In this document: piece by piece, positions 63,787-64,000 of the stretch | How positions within the stretch are numbered: the stretch's first letter is position 1 | Layout of the letters: every line of letters begins with the position of its first letter | Assembly: GCA_035506195.1 (NCBI GenBank) | Contig: DATJPV010000025.1 | Location: forward strand, 22,494 to 86,493 | DNA: 64,000 nt | Source: Patescibacteria group bacterium | Lineage (GTDB): Bacteria > Omnitrophota > Gorgyraeia > Gygaellales > Profunditerraquicolaceae | Direction: 5' to 3' | The notes under the pieces: generated by a model | Databases searched by the model: none | What the model was told of the DNA's origin: nothing | The model's input: only the letters and a program-made list of their open reading frames with translations | Made by a program: the position numbers and the translations under genes

Positions 63787-64000
63787 ACAGGATCCCCTTT
63801 TTTCGTTTTCTATCCAAAGAGGCCTTGATAAATCGGACATATTCACTGCGGTCGTGGCGCTTGATAATGCCCGTATTGGCGTCATGGATGCGCCGCTTTA
63901 CCAGTACGTCAGGCAGCAGGGCGCTCTTCAGACCCGCCTCCTGCGCCTTCATATACCAGTCGATGAACTGGCCGAGCCTGCAGGAAACATCAAAAGTCCC
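63787..64000 (-). CDS. glycosyltransferase family 2 (C-terminal fragment; the gene continues beyond the window end)
   Basis: The minus-strand frame ends in ...DVSCRLGQFIDWYMKAQEAGLKSALLPDVLVKRRIH...KRKKGIL* and resembles the GT2 C-terminal (E/D)D(x)(D/E)(F/L)CLR region. A TAATG junction joins it to the downstream ABC exporter. Confidence 0.5.

Noticed and set aside
1-64000. tRNA, rRNA, transposase or integrase, prophage
   Set aside because: I searched by eye for a T-loop GTTCGAATC-like consensus and for IS/integrase-like ORFs and found none convincing. The only GATTCGAAACC match (around 9701) lies inside cobU coding sequence.

Overview
This 64-kb window comes from a mid/high-GC (roughly 55-60% by eye) diderm bacterium. 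Supporting that: a Pst phosphate transporter, a TonB-dependent receptor, ExbB/ExbD, an inverse-autotransporter-type adhesin and an energy-converting hydrogenase. I call about 60 protein-coding genes, and all but three sit on the minus strand in long operons whose stop and start codons overlap (ATGA, GTGA and TAATG junctions are frequent). I could support no rRNA, tRNA, CRISPR array, transposase or integrase from the sequence. In order, the window contains: (1) pstA (partial), pstC and pstS. (2) A DEAD-box RNA helicase. (3) An orphan DNA-repair-type radical SAM protein with a helix-hairpin-helix tail. (4) A complete corrinoid salvage and uptake operon with a promoter and a cobalamin riboswitch in front: btuF-btuC-btuD-cobC-cobU-cobT-cobS-DUF71-btuB. 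(5) A Dlt-like carrier-protein-dependent esterification operon: an adenylating ligase, an acyl carrier protein, a fold-III PLP decarboxylase, an MBOAT, and an SGNH hydrolase whose catalytic blocks are separated by a ~650-aa TPR array. (6) A radical-SAM-rich envelope glycan/lipid tailoring island: three cobalamin-binding class-B radical SAM paralogues, a Cys4-ribbon radical SAM, a TMTC-like GT-C/TPR protein, a Wzx-like flippase, a SAM methyltransferase, a Leu/Phe/Val-dehydrogenase-family enzyme, a GT2 and a FAD oxidoreductase. (7) Two giant surface proteins: a 1234-aa inverse-autotransporter beta-helix adhesin with four ~465-bp in-frame tandem repeats, and a 1262-aa PKD/Ig-like protein. Between them are a Spy/CpxP-like protein and a DUF4870 membrane protein. 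(8) A lipoprotein, a GNAT, DUF2062, GYD and DUF362-ferredoxin genes. (9) A 12-gene group-4 energy-converting [NiFe]-hydrogenase/Mrp-antiporter operon with its maturation protease, apparently co-transcribed with DedA, ExbB, ExbD and an APC permease. (10) A pair of PF14907-type nucleotidyltransferases with an ABC exporter and a partial GT2 at the window edge. The best candidates for an undescribed system are the B12-radical-SAM island at 20.6-34.4 kb and the adjacent Dlt-like operon with a dedicated PLP decarboxylase. The B12-radical-SAM island has a cofactor salvage operon on one side and a likely target adhesin on the other.
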